In this document: positions 19,072-27,518 of the stretch, in pieces | Layout: the number at the start of each line of letters is the position of its first letter | How positions within the stretch are numbered: position 1 is the stretch's first letter | NCBI GenBank assembly: GCA_035289485.1 | Contig: DATDXA010000005.1 | Span: 1 to 52,028, forward strand | DNA: 52,028 nt | From: an archaeon | GTDB lineage: Archaea > Iainarchaeota > Iainarchaeia > Iainarchaeales > Iainarchaeaceae | Direction: 5' to 3' | Made by a program: the position numbers and the translations under genes | Notes under the pieces: model-generated | What the model was told of the DNA's origin: nothing | Database searches by the model: none | Seen by the model: only the letters and a program-made list of their open reading frames with translations

Positions 19072-20985
19072 ATGGCAACAAAGGGCATAACACTTGAGTT
19101 CCCTGACGGAACCAAAAAGGAATTCCCGAAAGGAACCACCGCGATGCAGGTTGCAGAAGGGATAGGCCCTCGGCTTGCAAAGGAAGCGCTCTCTGCAAAA
19201 CTGGATGAAACCGTAATCGAACTTGAGCGGCCCATTGAAGAGAGCGGCAAATTCCGCATCCTCACATGGAACGATGATGAGGGCAAAAAAAGCCTGTGGC
19301 ATACCGGAGCGCATGTGCTCGCAGAAGCTGTGCGCTCACTTTATGCGGATGCGCGAAACACAATAGGCCCGGCGCTTGATGAGGGGTTTTACCAGGATTT
19401 TTACACAAAAAATCCTTTCACTCCGGAAGATTTTGAAAAAATCGAAAAGAAAATGATGGAGATAATAAAATCGAAGCGAAAAATAGAGCGCGAAGTCGTT
19501 GACAAAAAAACCGCGCTCTCAAAATTCAAGGACAACAAGTTCAAGCAGGAGCTCATTGAGGAGTTCGCGGGCTCTGGAAAAACAATCACGCTCTACACAC
19601 AAGGGACATTCATTGACCTGTGCAAGGGCGGGCATGTATCCAACACTGAAAAAATCGCGGCGGTAAAGCTCACAAAAGTTTCGTCCGCTTACTGGCGCGC
19701 AGACCAGAAGCGCGAATCGCTGCAGAGAATTTACGGAATCGCATTCCCAAAAGCCTCGATGCTTGAAGAGTATGTGAAAGCGCATGAGGAAGCGGAGAAG
19801 AGAAACCACATGAAGCTTGGAAAAGAGCTCGGGCTTTTTTCAATGCAGGCGGAAGCTCCGGGATCTGTGTTTTTCCACGAGAAAGGCACAGCAATCTGGA
19901 ATTCGCTTACAGAATTTGCACGCGCGCAGCAGCGCAAGCGCGGGTATAGCGAAGTTATGACGCCCATAATTATGAAAAAGGAGCTCTGGCTAAAGAGCGG
20001 GCACTATGACCACTACAAGGAGAACATGTATTTTACAAAAATTGATGACGAGGAATATGCGGTAAAGCCGATGAACTGCCCCGGGCATATTTTGGTGTAC
20101 GCGGCAGGGCGGCACTCGTATAGGGATTTGCCGATTCGCATGGCTGAGTTTGGAATGGTTCACAGGCACGAACTCTCAGGGGTTTTGAACGGGCTTTTGC
20201 GCGTGCGAAAATTCACGCAGGATGATACGCACATTTTCTGTACGCCAGAGCAAATTGAAGGCGAGGTTGCCGCGCTACTCGAAATGGTTGATGAATATTA
20301 CAAAACATTCGGGTTTGAATACAGAATCGAACTAAGCACTCGCCCTGAAAAATCAATGGGCGCAAAGGAAGTGTGGGACAGGGCGGAGAGCGCGCTCAAG
20401 AACGCACTCAAAAAAATGGGCCGCGAATTCAAAATTAATGAAGGCGACGGAGCATTCTACGGACCCAAGATTGATTTCCATATCAAGGACGCACTTGCAA
20501 GAAGCTGGCAGCTTGGAACCATACAGCTCGATTTCCAGATGCCTGAAAAATTCGCAATAAGCTACATTGACAAGGATGATTCTGAAAAAAGGCCCGTGAT
20601 GATACACCGCGCAATCTTTGGCTCGATGGAGAGATTCATCGGAATACTTATCGAACACTATGCAGGAGCGTTCCCACTCTGGCTCTCACCTGTGCAGGTG
20701 AAAGTGATTTCTGTAAGCGAAAAGCACGCGGACTACGCTGAGAAGGTTCACAAATTGCTTTTAGAAAAAGGGGTGCGCTCAGAACTTGATGTGCGCGGGG
20801 AAACAGTCGGCTTCAAGGTGCGGCAGGCGCAGATGGAGAAGGTTCCCTTTGTTGTGAATGTTGGGGAGAAGGAAGAGGAAAAGGGAACGATTGCGGTGCG
20901 AGACCGCGCGGGAAAAGTCGAGTTTGGCTTGAAGGCCGCGGAGTTCGCAGCGAAAATTATTCAGCTCTCAAATGAGCGCAAATAA
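19072..20985 (+). CDS. thrS: threonine--tRNA ligase
   Basis: TGS domain start, HxxxH...CxxxH-type editing region, class II motifs (FRHE-like VHRHELSG, GAFYGPKID, ERFIGILIEHY). Confidence 0.95.
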   Translation: MATKGITLEFPDGTKKEFPKGTTAMQVAEGIGPRLAKEALSAKLDETVIELERPIEESGKFRILTWNDDEGKKSLWHTGAHVLAEAVRSLYADARNTIGPALDEGFYQDFYTKNPFTPEDFEKIEKKMMEIIKSKRKIEREVVDKKTALSKFKDNKFKQELIEEFAGSGKTITLYTQGTFIDLCKGGHVSNTEKIAAVKLTKVSSAYWRADQKRESLQRIYGIAFPKASMLEEYVKAHEEAEKRNHMKLGKELGLFSMQAEAPGSVFFHEKGTAIWNSLTEFARAQQRKRGYSEVMTPIIMKKELWLKSGHYDHYKENMYFTKIDDEEYAVKPMNCPGHILVYAAGRHSYRDLPIRMAEFGMVHRHELSGVLNGLLRVRKFTQDDTHIFCTPEQIEGEVAALLEMVDEYYKTFGFEYRIELSTRPEKSMGAKEVWDRAESALKNALKKMGREFKINEGDGAFYGPKIDFHIKDALARSWQLGTIQLDFQMPEKFAISYIDKDDSEKRPVMIHRAIFGSMERFIGILIEHYAGAFPLWLSPVQVKVISVSEKHADYAEKVHKLLLEKGVRSELDVRGETVGFKVRQAQMEKVPFVVNVGEKEEEKGTIAVRDRAGKVEFGLKAAEFAAKIIQLSNERK

Positions 20986-21111
20986 AAAACACCAATCTGT
21001 TTTATCTGAAATACCGGATTTGCCCACTTACTTGGGGTTGGCAACTTTCTTTTAGCTGCAAACGGAAAGAAAAGGGTTTTAAACAAAAAAACCCATGTAT
21101 AACCTGATTTT

Positions 21112-22869
21112 ATGGCAGATTACATGGACCAGCTCTTCAAGAATGTCAAGAAGAAGGGCCAGCCTGCAACTCCAGCTCCGCCCCCAAAAAAAGAAGAGAA
21201 AAAGGCGCCCGAAACCAAATCAAAACTTGAGGAAAAGCTTGCGGCGATTACAAGGGAAGCAAAGCCCGCTGCGGCCGCTGCACCTGCAGCAATTACGCTT
21301 GAAGATGTGAGAAAGCAGCTAAGCGAAATCAAAAAGGAGGGCAAAGTCGCGCCTGGCCCTGGTAAAGAGCTTGAGGAAAAGGAACCTGAAGACCAGAAGT
21401 CCGAAACGGAAAAAGAGCTTGACAGAAGCGACAAGAAAGAAATAGATTCCTATGGCAACACAAAAATCTACAGGCTCCCAAACCAGCCCCTGCTTTATTA
21501 CTGGACTCCTGTTGTTCGCCCCGGAAGCTCTGAGAAGGCGATAATCAACACAATCAAGGAAGTCGCAACAAGAATCATCAGCATAGCGCCCTACAAAATA
21601 AGGGACCCTGAGCAGAGAAGAAATGTCTACTACCAGCGCATACTTGAAATCATCAAGGATTCTCCGGAGCTAAACATCCCAAAGGCAAAATTCGAATTCT
21701 ATGCGGATGCGGTTGTACGGGAGATGGTTGGGTTTGGAATAATTGACAGCCTGATAAAGGACGACCAGCTCGAAGAAATAATGGTGATAGGCCCCAACAC
21801 GCCCGTGTATGTGTTCCATAGGAAATACGAGATGATGATAACAAACATTGAATTCTTCACTGACGGGGAAATTCAGGACCTCATAAACAGGATTGCAAGG
21901 CAGATTGGAAGAAGAGTGGACATTGCAAGCCCTCTTCTGGATGCCAGGCTTCTTGACGGAAGCCGTGTAAACGCAACAATGCCGCCCGCAACAGTGCAGG
22001 GTTCGACACTTACAATCAGAAAATTCCGCGAAGAGCCATACAGCATAATTGACCTAATAAATTCAGGCACGCTTGATGTGCACGCGGCGGCATTTCTCTG
22101 GACATGCACAGAAGGGATGGGAGTGCGCCCGGCAAACATTCTAATATCCGGAGGAACCGGCTCAGGAAAAACAACCCTTCTGAATGTGCTTGCATCTTTC
22201 ATACCTGATACAGACAGGGTTATTACAATCGAGGACACGGCTGAACTCAACCTTCCAATGAGGCACTGGATAAGGATGGAGGCAAGGCCGCCAGGGCTTG
22301 AAGGAACCGGGGAGCTTACAATGGACATACTTACAAAGAACTCGCTTAGAATGAGGCCTGACCGGGTGCTTGTAGGTGAAGTAAGGCATGATGAGGCGTT
22401 CACGCTTTTCACGGCGTTCAATACTGGACATGACGGATCGATGGGAACAGTTCATGCAAATTCCCCGCAGGAAACCGTAATCAGGGTCACAAACCCCCCG
22501 ATGAATGTGCCTGATGTCATGCTCTCTGGGCTTAATTTCATTGTCGTGATACACAGGCTCCATGACAAGAAGCTTGGAACAATCAGAAGGGTTACAGAGA
22601 TTGCGGAAGTTACGGGAGCGCTTAAAGGAAAGCCCAAAACCGACACTATTTTCAAATGGGATCCGGTCCCTGACATGCTTAAAAGGACAGACGAGCCAAT
22701 GGAATACATGATAACGCTCCAGGAGCTGAGCGGCTATACAAGAAAGCAGATAGAGGACGAAATAGACAAGCGCGCGACCTTCCTTACAAAGCTCCTTCGC
22801 GAAAATGTGCACGAGATGAGGTCTGTTTCAAGGAAAATGAAGGATTACCTAACGATGCAAAAGGGTTGA
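21112..22869 (+). CDS. type IV filament assembly ATPase (FlaI/PilB/TadA superfamily) with K/E/P/A-rich N-terminal extension
   Basis: Walker A GGTGSGKTT, Asp box, Walker B VLVGEVR, His box TGHDGSMGTVHA; first about 110 aa low complexity. Confidence 0.9.
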   Translation: MADYMDQLFKNVKKKGQPATPAPPPKKEEKKAPETKSKLEEKLAAITREAKPAAAAAPAAITLEDVRKQLSEIKKEGKVAPGPGKELEEKEPEDQKSETEKELDRSDKKEIDSYGNTKIYRLPNQPLLYYWTPVVRPGSSEKAIINTIKEVATRIISIAPYKIRDPEQRRNVYYQRILEIIKDSPELNIPKAKFEFYADAVVREMVGFGIIDSLIKDDQLEEIMVIGPNTPVYVFHRKYEMMITNIEFFTDGEIQDLINRIARQIGRRVDIASPLLDARLLDGSRVNATMPPATVQGSTLTIRKFREEPYSIIDLINSGTLDVHAAAFLWTCTEGMGVRPANILISGGTGSGKTTLLNVLASFIPDTDRVITIEDTAELNLPMRHWIRMEARPPGLEGTGELTMDILTKNSLRMRPDRVLVGEVRHDEAFTLFTAFNTGHDGSMGTVHANSPQETVIRVTNPPMNVPDVMLSGLNFIVVIHRLHDKKLGTIRRVTEIAEVTGALKGKPKTDTIFKWDPVPDMLKRTDEPMEYMITLQELSGYTRKQIEDEIDKRATFLTKLLRENVHEMRSVSRKMKDYLTMQKG

Positions 22870-22873
22870 TTGC

Positions 22874-24022
22874 TTGCCAGAACAGCTTGACCAGATAAAA
22901 AAGCAGATTGAAGAGAGAAAAAAACAGAAGGCCCTAGAAGAGGGGCAGATTAGGCCGCAGCAAGAAAAATTAGACGAAAAAAAAGTTGACACAATAGTCG
23001 CGCGCATGAAGAAAAAATACACAGACCAGGGAGTCGAGAACTCGCAGGTCGGGGGAAAGCTTGGCGAGCTGCGCGGCATAATCACTGAAAATGAAATGGC
23101 CGCAATCAATGTTGAAAATGTCGAGGACTTAACCGAATTCCGCTCCCCGATAATAAAGCGCCTTGGGAAATTTTACATCTGGTTTAGGCCGGTGATGGAA
23201 ATTCTCATGGACATCATGAAAAAGCTGCCAATCACTTCCGACACAAGATACTATTTATACTCCGCAAACATGAGGTATTCGATAACTCAGTGGCTTGCGC
23301 TCACGATTTCTGCCGCAGTAATCGCGATGCTTGTAACGCTCATTTCAATGGGAAGCCTTTCATTCTACTTCGACATCACGCAGGCGTACACGGCAGTAAT
23401 CACCATTATAGTTGGCATGTTCACTCTTGCCATTATGCTCCTTATCCCGCGCGGAGCCGCAAGGAGAAGGGGAAATGAGGTGAGCACGGAGCTTCCGTTC
23501 GCGCTGCGCCACATGGCAACTGAGCTGAAAGCCGGCCTTGGATTGTATAAGACAATACAGACAATTGCGGTTGCGGATTACGGGGTGCTGAGCCAGGAAT
23601 TCGCGCGCACTGTAACTGAAATCGAGGAAGGAACTGATGCAAAGGATGCGCTCACGCATTTCGCGCTAAGGACGCAGTCAAAGGCCCTGCGAAACGCCAT
23701 GCTGCACGTTGTAAGGGCGCTAAAGACCGGGGGGAACCTCTCAGACATCATGAACACAATTGCAGAGGATGTGAGCTTTGACCTTCGGGTGAGGGTTAGG
23801 GACTACGCCGAGAAAATGAATTTTTTCGGGGTAATATATATTTTCATTGCAATAGTTGCTCCGGTTTTCCTTGCAATAATAGGCGCAGTGCTAAATGCGC
23901 CGGTTTCAATCGGCAACGTTTCCGTTCCGCCAATCCTTATAACAATAACTTACATGGTGATAATGCCGGCAATACTCGGATTCCTGATAATTTATCTGAG
24001 GATGAGCGAGCCTAAGGTGTAA
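22874..24022 (+). CDS. TadB/TadC-like (single T2SSF domain) platform membrane protein 1
   Basis: ELPFALRHMATELKAGLGLYKTIQTIA T2SSF-like helix pair flanked by TM helices; TTG start; charged N-terminal extension. Confidence 0.8.
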   Translation: MPEQLDQIKKQIEERKKQKALEEGQIRPQQEKLDEKKVDTIVARMKKKYTDQGVENSQVGGKLGELRGIITENEMAAINVENVEDLTEFRSPIIKRLGKFYIWFRPVMEILMDIMKKLPITSDTRYYLYSANMRYSITQWLALTISAAVIAMLVTLISMGSLSFYFDITQAYTAVITIIVGMFTLAIMLLIPRGAARRRGNEVSTELPFALRHMATELKAGLGLYKTIQTIAVADYGVLSQEFARTVTEIEEGTDAKDALTHFALRTQSKALRNAMLHVVRALKTGGNLSDIMNTIAEDVSFDLRVRVRDYAEKMNFFGVIYIFIAIVAPVFLAIIGAVLNAPVSIGNVSVPPILITITYMVIMPAILGFLIIYLRMSEPKV

Positions 24023-24025
24023 AAA

Positions 24026-24982
24026 ATGGAACTCAAGCTGATGCAAAACACGCCCGGAATCAAGGGAAGCAGTTTCCTCACCAAATATGCCTCATACCTG
24101 CACAGCGCGGAATTCCGTGTAGACCCGCTTATCTGGATTGTTTTCTCGCTTGTTGCATCCGCGCTTGTTGGCGCCATGGTATGGTACGTTGCCGGCGTAA
24201 TTCTCGTGGTAAAGGAGACACTCCAGCTCACTGTGCTCATTTCATTTGTGGCACTTGATGTGCTGATAGGCTACCCGTATTTCAAGGCCGAGCAGCGCAT
24301 AGAGCAAATTGAAGGCGACCTTCCTGATGCCCTGCGGCAAATGTCTGACACGCTAAAAAGCGGGGGAACATACGAATACGCCCTAAGGGAGGTCGTGAAT
24401 TCGGATCTTGGGCCACTTAAGAAGGAAATCGGCGAAGTGCTCAAAAAACTCGAGGAAGGGGAGAACTTTGAAACGGCGCTTCGCACGCTCTCATACAATG
24501 TTGATTCAAGGCTTGTGCGAAGGACCATTACAATCATAATCGACTCCGTGGCTGCGGGTGCCGGCCTTGCGAACGTTCTTGAGGAAATCGCAGAAGATGT
24601 AAGGGAGAGCCACAGGATACAAAAGGAGAGAAAGGCAAGGACTGTGCTTCAGGTCATATTCATGTTCGCCGCGGGAGGGGTAATAGCGCCGATGATTTTC
24701 GGATTCGTTTCGACAATATCCAAAGTTCTCCTCAATGCATCTGCCGCAGCGGTATCTGCTGAAAGAGTTGCCGAATCCAACAACGCCCTTGGCGTAATTG
24801 AGCTCTCTATACAAGGATATATTTTCGTGATGTCGATTGCGACCGGCATAATGATTTCAGTTATGAGAGAGGGTAAAATAAGCAAAAGCATTATATATAT
24901 CCCCGTTCTCTTGTGTATAGCATATATTTCCTACCTGTTGGCGGGGTTCGTATCCGGGCTCCTGGTAGGGGTGGGATCATGA
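24026..24982 (+). CDS. TadB/TadC-like (single T2SSF domain) platform membrane protein 2
   Basis: DLPDALRQMSDTLKSGGTYEYALREV T2SSF-like core flanked by TM helices. Confidence 0.8.
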   Translation: MELKLMQNTPGIKGSSFLTKYASYLHSAEFRVDPLIWIVFSLVASALVGAMVWYVAGVILVVKETLQLTVLISFVALDVLIGYPYFKAEQRIEQIEGDLPDALRQMSDTLKSGGTYEYALREVVNSDLGPLKKEIGEVLKKLEEGENFETALRTLSYNVDSRLVRRTITIIIDSVAAGAGLANVLEEIAEDVRESHRIQKERKARTVLQVIFMFAAGGVIAPMIFGFVSTISKVLLNASAAAVSAERVAESNNALGVIELSIQGYIFVMSIATGIMISVMREGKISKSIIYIPVLLCIAYISYLLAGFVSGLLVGVGS

Positions 24983-25128
24983 AAGTAATTTGGGAAGAAA
25001 AAGGCCAGGCATCGACCGAAGTCATTTTGGTTCTTGGATTGGCAGTTGTCGCCGCTATTACGGTTGGCTTCTTTCTCAAAAACTTTGTGACCCAGCAAGC
25101 ACAGCCACAAGTGCAACAGAAATTATGA
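24979..25128 (+). CDS. small class III signal peptide protein (49 aa)
   Basis: MKVIWEEKG-QASTEVILVLGLAVVAAITVGFF; ATGA overlap with the upstream gene. Confidence 0.7.
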   Translation: MKVIWEEKGQASTEVILVLGLAVVAAITVGFFLKNFVTQQAQPQVQQKL

Positions 25129-25150
25129 TTGTAAAAAAGGGAGGAAAAAC

Positions 25151-25567
25151 ATGAATGTAAAAGGACAGGGAGCACTCGAATACCTGCTACTTATAGGCGG
25201 AGCAATAGTCGTCGCGGTCGTAGTCGTGACACTACTACTCAACCTGGGAAGCACAGGAGGGGCAAACGCAGGAAGCTCAAGCATGGGATCAATCGGGGCA
25301 CAGTACGCGGCAACCGCGGGAAACAGCCCTCCAACATGCAACGATGTTACACCCAGCACTACAGCAGCCAATGCTGACAATTGGATTTTCAACAATAACA
25401 CAAAGGAATGTTGGGCAATTTCGGGATCATATCCGAACTGTACAGCAACAAGAGGAGTAACAGCAGCAGGCGTAGTTATTACAACTGATGATACGTGCGG
25501 TGCAGGATCGCAAGACCAAATAGTCGCTGCCGGCACGGGCCATACAGCCAATAACCATAACATCTAA
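25151..25567 (+). CDS. class III signal peptide pilin, paralogue A
   Basis: MNVKG-QGALEYLLLIGGAIVVAVVVV; GGAGG-like SD upstream; Cys/Thr/Asn-rich C-terminal domain. Confidence 0.8.
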   Translation: MNVKGQGALEYLLLIGGAIVVAVVVVTLLLNLGSTGGANAGSSSMGSIGAQYAATAGNSPPTCNDVTPSTTAANADNWIFNNNTKECWAISGSYPNCTATRGVTAAGVVITTDDTCGAGSQDQIVAAGTGHTANNHNI

Positions 25568-25589
25568 AATTCGGTTTTAAATATAAATT

Positions 25590-25631
25590 GGCACGGCAAA
25601 TCGCCGTGCCGAAACTATTTTTTTATTTTTT
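25590..25631 (+). terminator. 8-bp GC hairpin plus T-tract after pilin A
   Basis: GGCACGGC aaatc GCCGTGCC (25590-25610) followed by TTTTTTTATTTTTT. Confidence 0.6.
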
Positions 25632-25697
25632 AACCGAACCAAATTTTTTCCCGTTTAATTCAAAAGCTTTAAATACTCCGCCCCCCTAAATAATCGC

Positions 25698-26090
25698 ATG
25701 AATAAGGGACAGGGAGCACTCGAATACCTATTGCTTATAGGCGGAGCAATAGTCGTCGCGGTCGTAGTCGTGACACTACTACTCAACCTGGGAAGCACAG
25801 GAGGGGCAAACGCAGGAAGCTCAAGCATGGGGGCTATTTGCGCACAATACGCATCGACTGCGGGCAATGCAACTAAGACTTGCAGCGACGTTTCATCTGG
25901 AGCTGGTCAGTCAGCATACATGTGGAATAATACCACAAAGCAGTGCTGGATATGCGGCGGCACGTATTCTGCGTGCACGGCAACAAAGGACCCACTGAAC
26001 GCAACAGTTCCGGGAAATTGCTGCCTGAATCCACCAGGATGCACATTAAACGATGCGGATCCGGTACAGGCTTACGTACAGATTAACTAA
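25698..26090 (+). CDS. class III signal peptide pilin, paralogue B
   Basis: MNKG-QGALEYLLLIGGAIVVAVVVV; 5' 125 nt nearly identical to paralogue A, C-terminus divergent and Cys-rich. Confidence 0.8.
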   Translation: MNKGQGALEYLLLIGGAIVVAVVVVTLLLNLGSTGGANAGSSSMGAICAQYASTAGNATKTCSDVSSGAGQSAYMWNNTTKQCWICGGTYSACTATKDPLNATVPGNCCLNPPGCTLNDADPVQAYVQIN

Positions 26091-26198
26091 ACAATTACAC
26101 CAAAGAAAAAGCGTGACAAATGCCGTGCCTTATTTTATTTTTTCATTTAAACACCAACAAAGAATAAATACTACCAAGCCCTAATATTGGCGGTAAAT

Positions 26199-26369
26199 AT
26201 GAATGAACGCGCGCAGGTTTCGGTGGAATACCTTCTAACCATTATGTTTGCGGTACTGCTTGTGATAGCGGTTACCGTGATTGCATTCAACATTTCGGTG
26301 GTTGCCGACAGGGCGCAGCTAAAGGTTGTGCAGAACCGCGACTCCGTGATTTCAAGTTTGATGGGGTAA
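26199..26369 (+). CDS. small class III signal peptide protein (56 aa)
   Basis: MNERA-QVSVEYLLTIMFAVLLVIAV; resembles the 3311-3490 product. Confidence 0.7.
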   Translation: MNERAQVSVEYLLTIMFAVLLVIAVTVIAFNISVVADRAQLKVVQNRDSVISSLMG

Positions 26370-26383
26370 TTGCGAAGCCAAGC

Positions 26384-26690
26384 CCGTCCGCAGGACGGTC
26401 TGTCGCTCTTCCGAGCCGTTCGGCAAAGCATAGCTTTGCTGAACCCAGCAGAACATAGTTCTGCCGGGAAACTCGGAGTGCAAAACCGCGACAGCGTAAT
26501 TTCTAGCCTGATTAGTTAAATGTGAAGCCAAGCCTATCGAGGTCTCAAGACCGACCTGGCAGAGCAAGCTCTGCAAGGCCTCCCAAAGCAGTGGCTTTGG
26601 AAGGAGATAGGGTGCTCCCTCCCGACGAGCAGGTCGGGCGCACCGGCACCTAACCCTGCGTGAGTTTTTAACCCCGCCATGGCGCAAGCT
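26384..26690. repeat. GC-rich intergenic block densely packed with short hairpins (REP-like palindromic units)
   Basis: At least 8 hairpins read by eye, e.g. CCGTCC-gca-GGACGG, GCAAAGC-ata-GCTTTGC, GCAGAAC-ata-GTTCTGC, GCAGAGC-aa-GCTCTGC, CCAAAGC-agtg-GCTTTGG, CCCGAC-gagcag-GTCGGG. Confidence 0.7.
26478..26519 (+). repeat. in-frame duplicate of the last 13 codons plus stop of the 26199-26369 gene
   Basis: VQNRDSVISSLIS* versus VQNRDSVISSLMG*; 57-nt units at 26328-26384 and 26478-26534, about 80% identical. Confidence 0.8.
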
Positions 26691-26695
26691 ATTTT

Positions 26696-27118
26696 ATGGC
26701 GCAGAGATTCTACCTTGACACTGCAATTTGGAGGGATTACTTTGAGGACAGGCGGGATGGAATTAGGCCACTTGGAGAATTTGCATTTCAGTTTCTGAGA
26801 AATTGCGATAAGCAAGGATGCATGATTTTGTATTCAGAATTAGTTGTCCATGAGCTAAAGCGCGACTATTCTGACGAGAAGATAAAACAGGTTTTTTCTC
26901 CATTCAACCATTTTCTCGAAATAGTGTCTATTTCCGATGCACAATATTTGGAAGCCAAAAAATTGGCGAATATAAAAAGGGACTCTCACGAATCGGATAT
27001 TTTGCATGCTATTCTTGCAAGGGATAACGGTGCAGTTTTGATTACAAGAGATTTCCATTTTGAAACGCTCAGGGACATTGCAGAAATTAAAATGCCAGAA
27101 GAAGTTACTTTTGACTGA
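26696..27118 (+). CDS. PIN-domain protein (VapC-like)
   Basis: FYLDTAIW... (N-terminal Asp), E in SELVVHEL, DILHAILA, LITRDFHF (C-terminal Asp) fit the PIN acidic residue pattern. Confidence 0.75.
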   Translation: MAQRFYLDTAIWRDYFEDRRDGIRPLGEFAFQFLRNCDKQGCMILYSELVVHELKRDYSDEKIKQVFSPFNHFLEIVSISDAQYLEAKKLANIKRDSHESDILHAILARDNGAVLITRDFHFETLRDIAEIKMPEEVTFD

Positions 27119-27389
27119 ACCGTTTTTCTAAAATGCCCATGAATTCTTTCCCTGCTTCCTCGCGCAATTTATAAAATTCATCGTCAGTCTTTGCCTTTCC
27201 TTTCCCCTTGAAAATGCCCCTTGCGGCAAAGAGCGCATCCCAAGCGACCTTTTTTTTCCTTTCATCGTCCAGCCTTTGCAGCTTTTCCCGGATTGACTCC
27301 CGAACAAATTCGGTTTTGGTGGAATAGTTGAAATCCTTCATATCCCTTTCAATCTGCCGGACAAAAGCGGATTCAATCTTTATGCTCAT
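27105..27389 (-). CDS. ribbon-helix-helix (CopG-like) protein
   Basis: MSIKIESAFVRQIERDMKDFNYSTKTEFVRESIREKL is an RHH-like strand-helix-helix; converges on and overlaps the PIN gene by 14 nt. Confidence 0.65.
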   Translation of the reverse strand: MSIKIESAFVRQIERDMKDFNYSTKTEFVRESIREKLQRLDDERKKKVAWDALFAARGIFKGKGKAKTDDEFYKLREEAGKEFMGILEKRFSQK

Positions 27390-27518
27390 TATTTCCATCA
27401 TATTACTTAGTAATACCAAGTAAACCTTAAAAATAAGTGCGTTCTGCTGCCCGGATAGAATCAGGATAATCAGATTGGTTAAAATACAGCGGGCTGTTTT
27501 ATAGTTAGGCTGAATCCA

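Noticed and set aside
20986-21111. Possible third copy of the 105-nt repeat upstream of the first ATPase (CAAACGGAAAGAAAAGGG resembles the repeat end CAACGAAAAGAAAAGGG)
   Set aside because: Similarity is limited to a purine-rich stretch of about 15 nt. The conserved core hairpin GCACTCTGCAAGAGTGC is absent.
26352-26687. 111-aa minus-strand ORF (Arg/Cys/Pro-rich) spanning the hairpin block
   Set aside because: Its composition is what a GC-rich palindromic region gives in any frame. It has no start context or recognisable motif, and it is antisense to the duplicated pilin tail.
26370-26690. Possibility that the 320-nt GC-rich structured region is SRP (7S) RNA or RNase P RNA
   Set aside because: I looked on both strands for the SRP helix-8 GNAR tetraloop with AGCA/GGAA context and for long 5'/3' end pairing. 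I also looked for RNase P CR-I (GAGGAAAGUCC) and the CR-IV/CR-V motifs. None was found, and the ends pair over only 5 bp. An Rfam scan should still be run.
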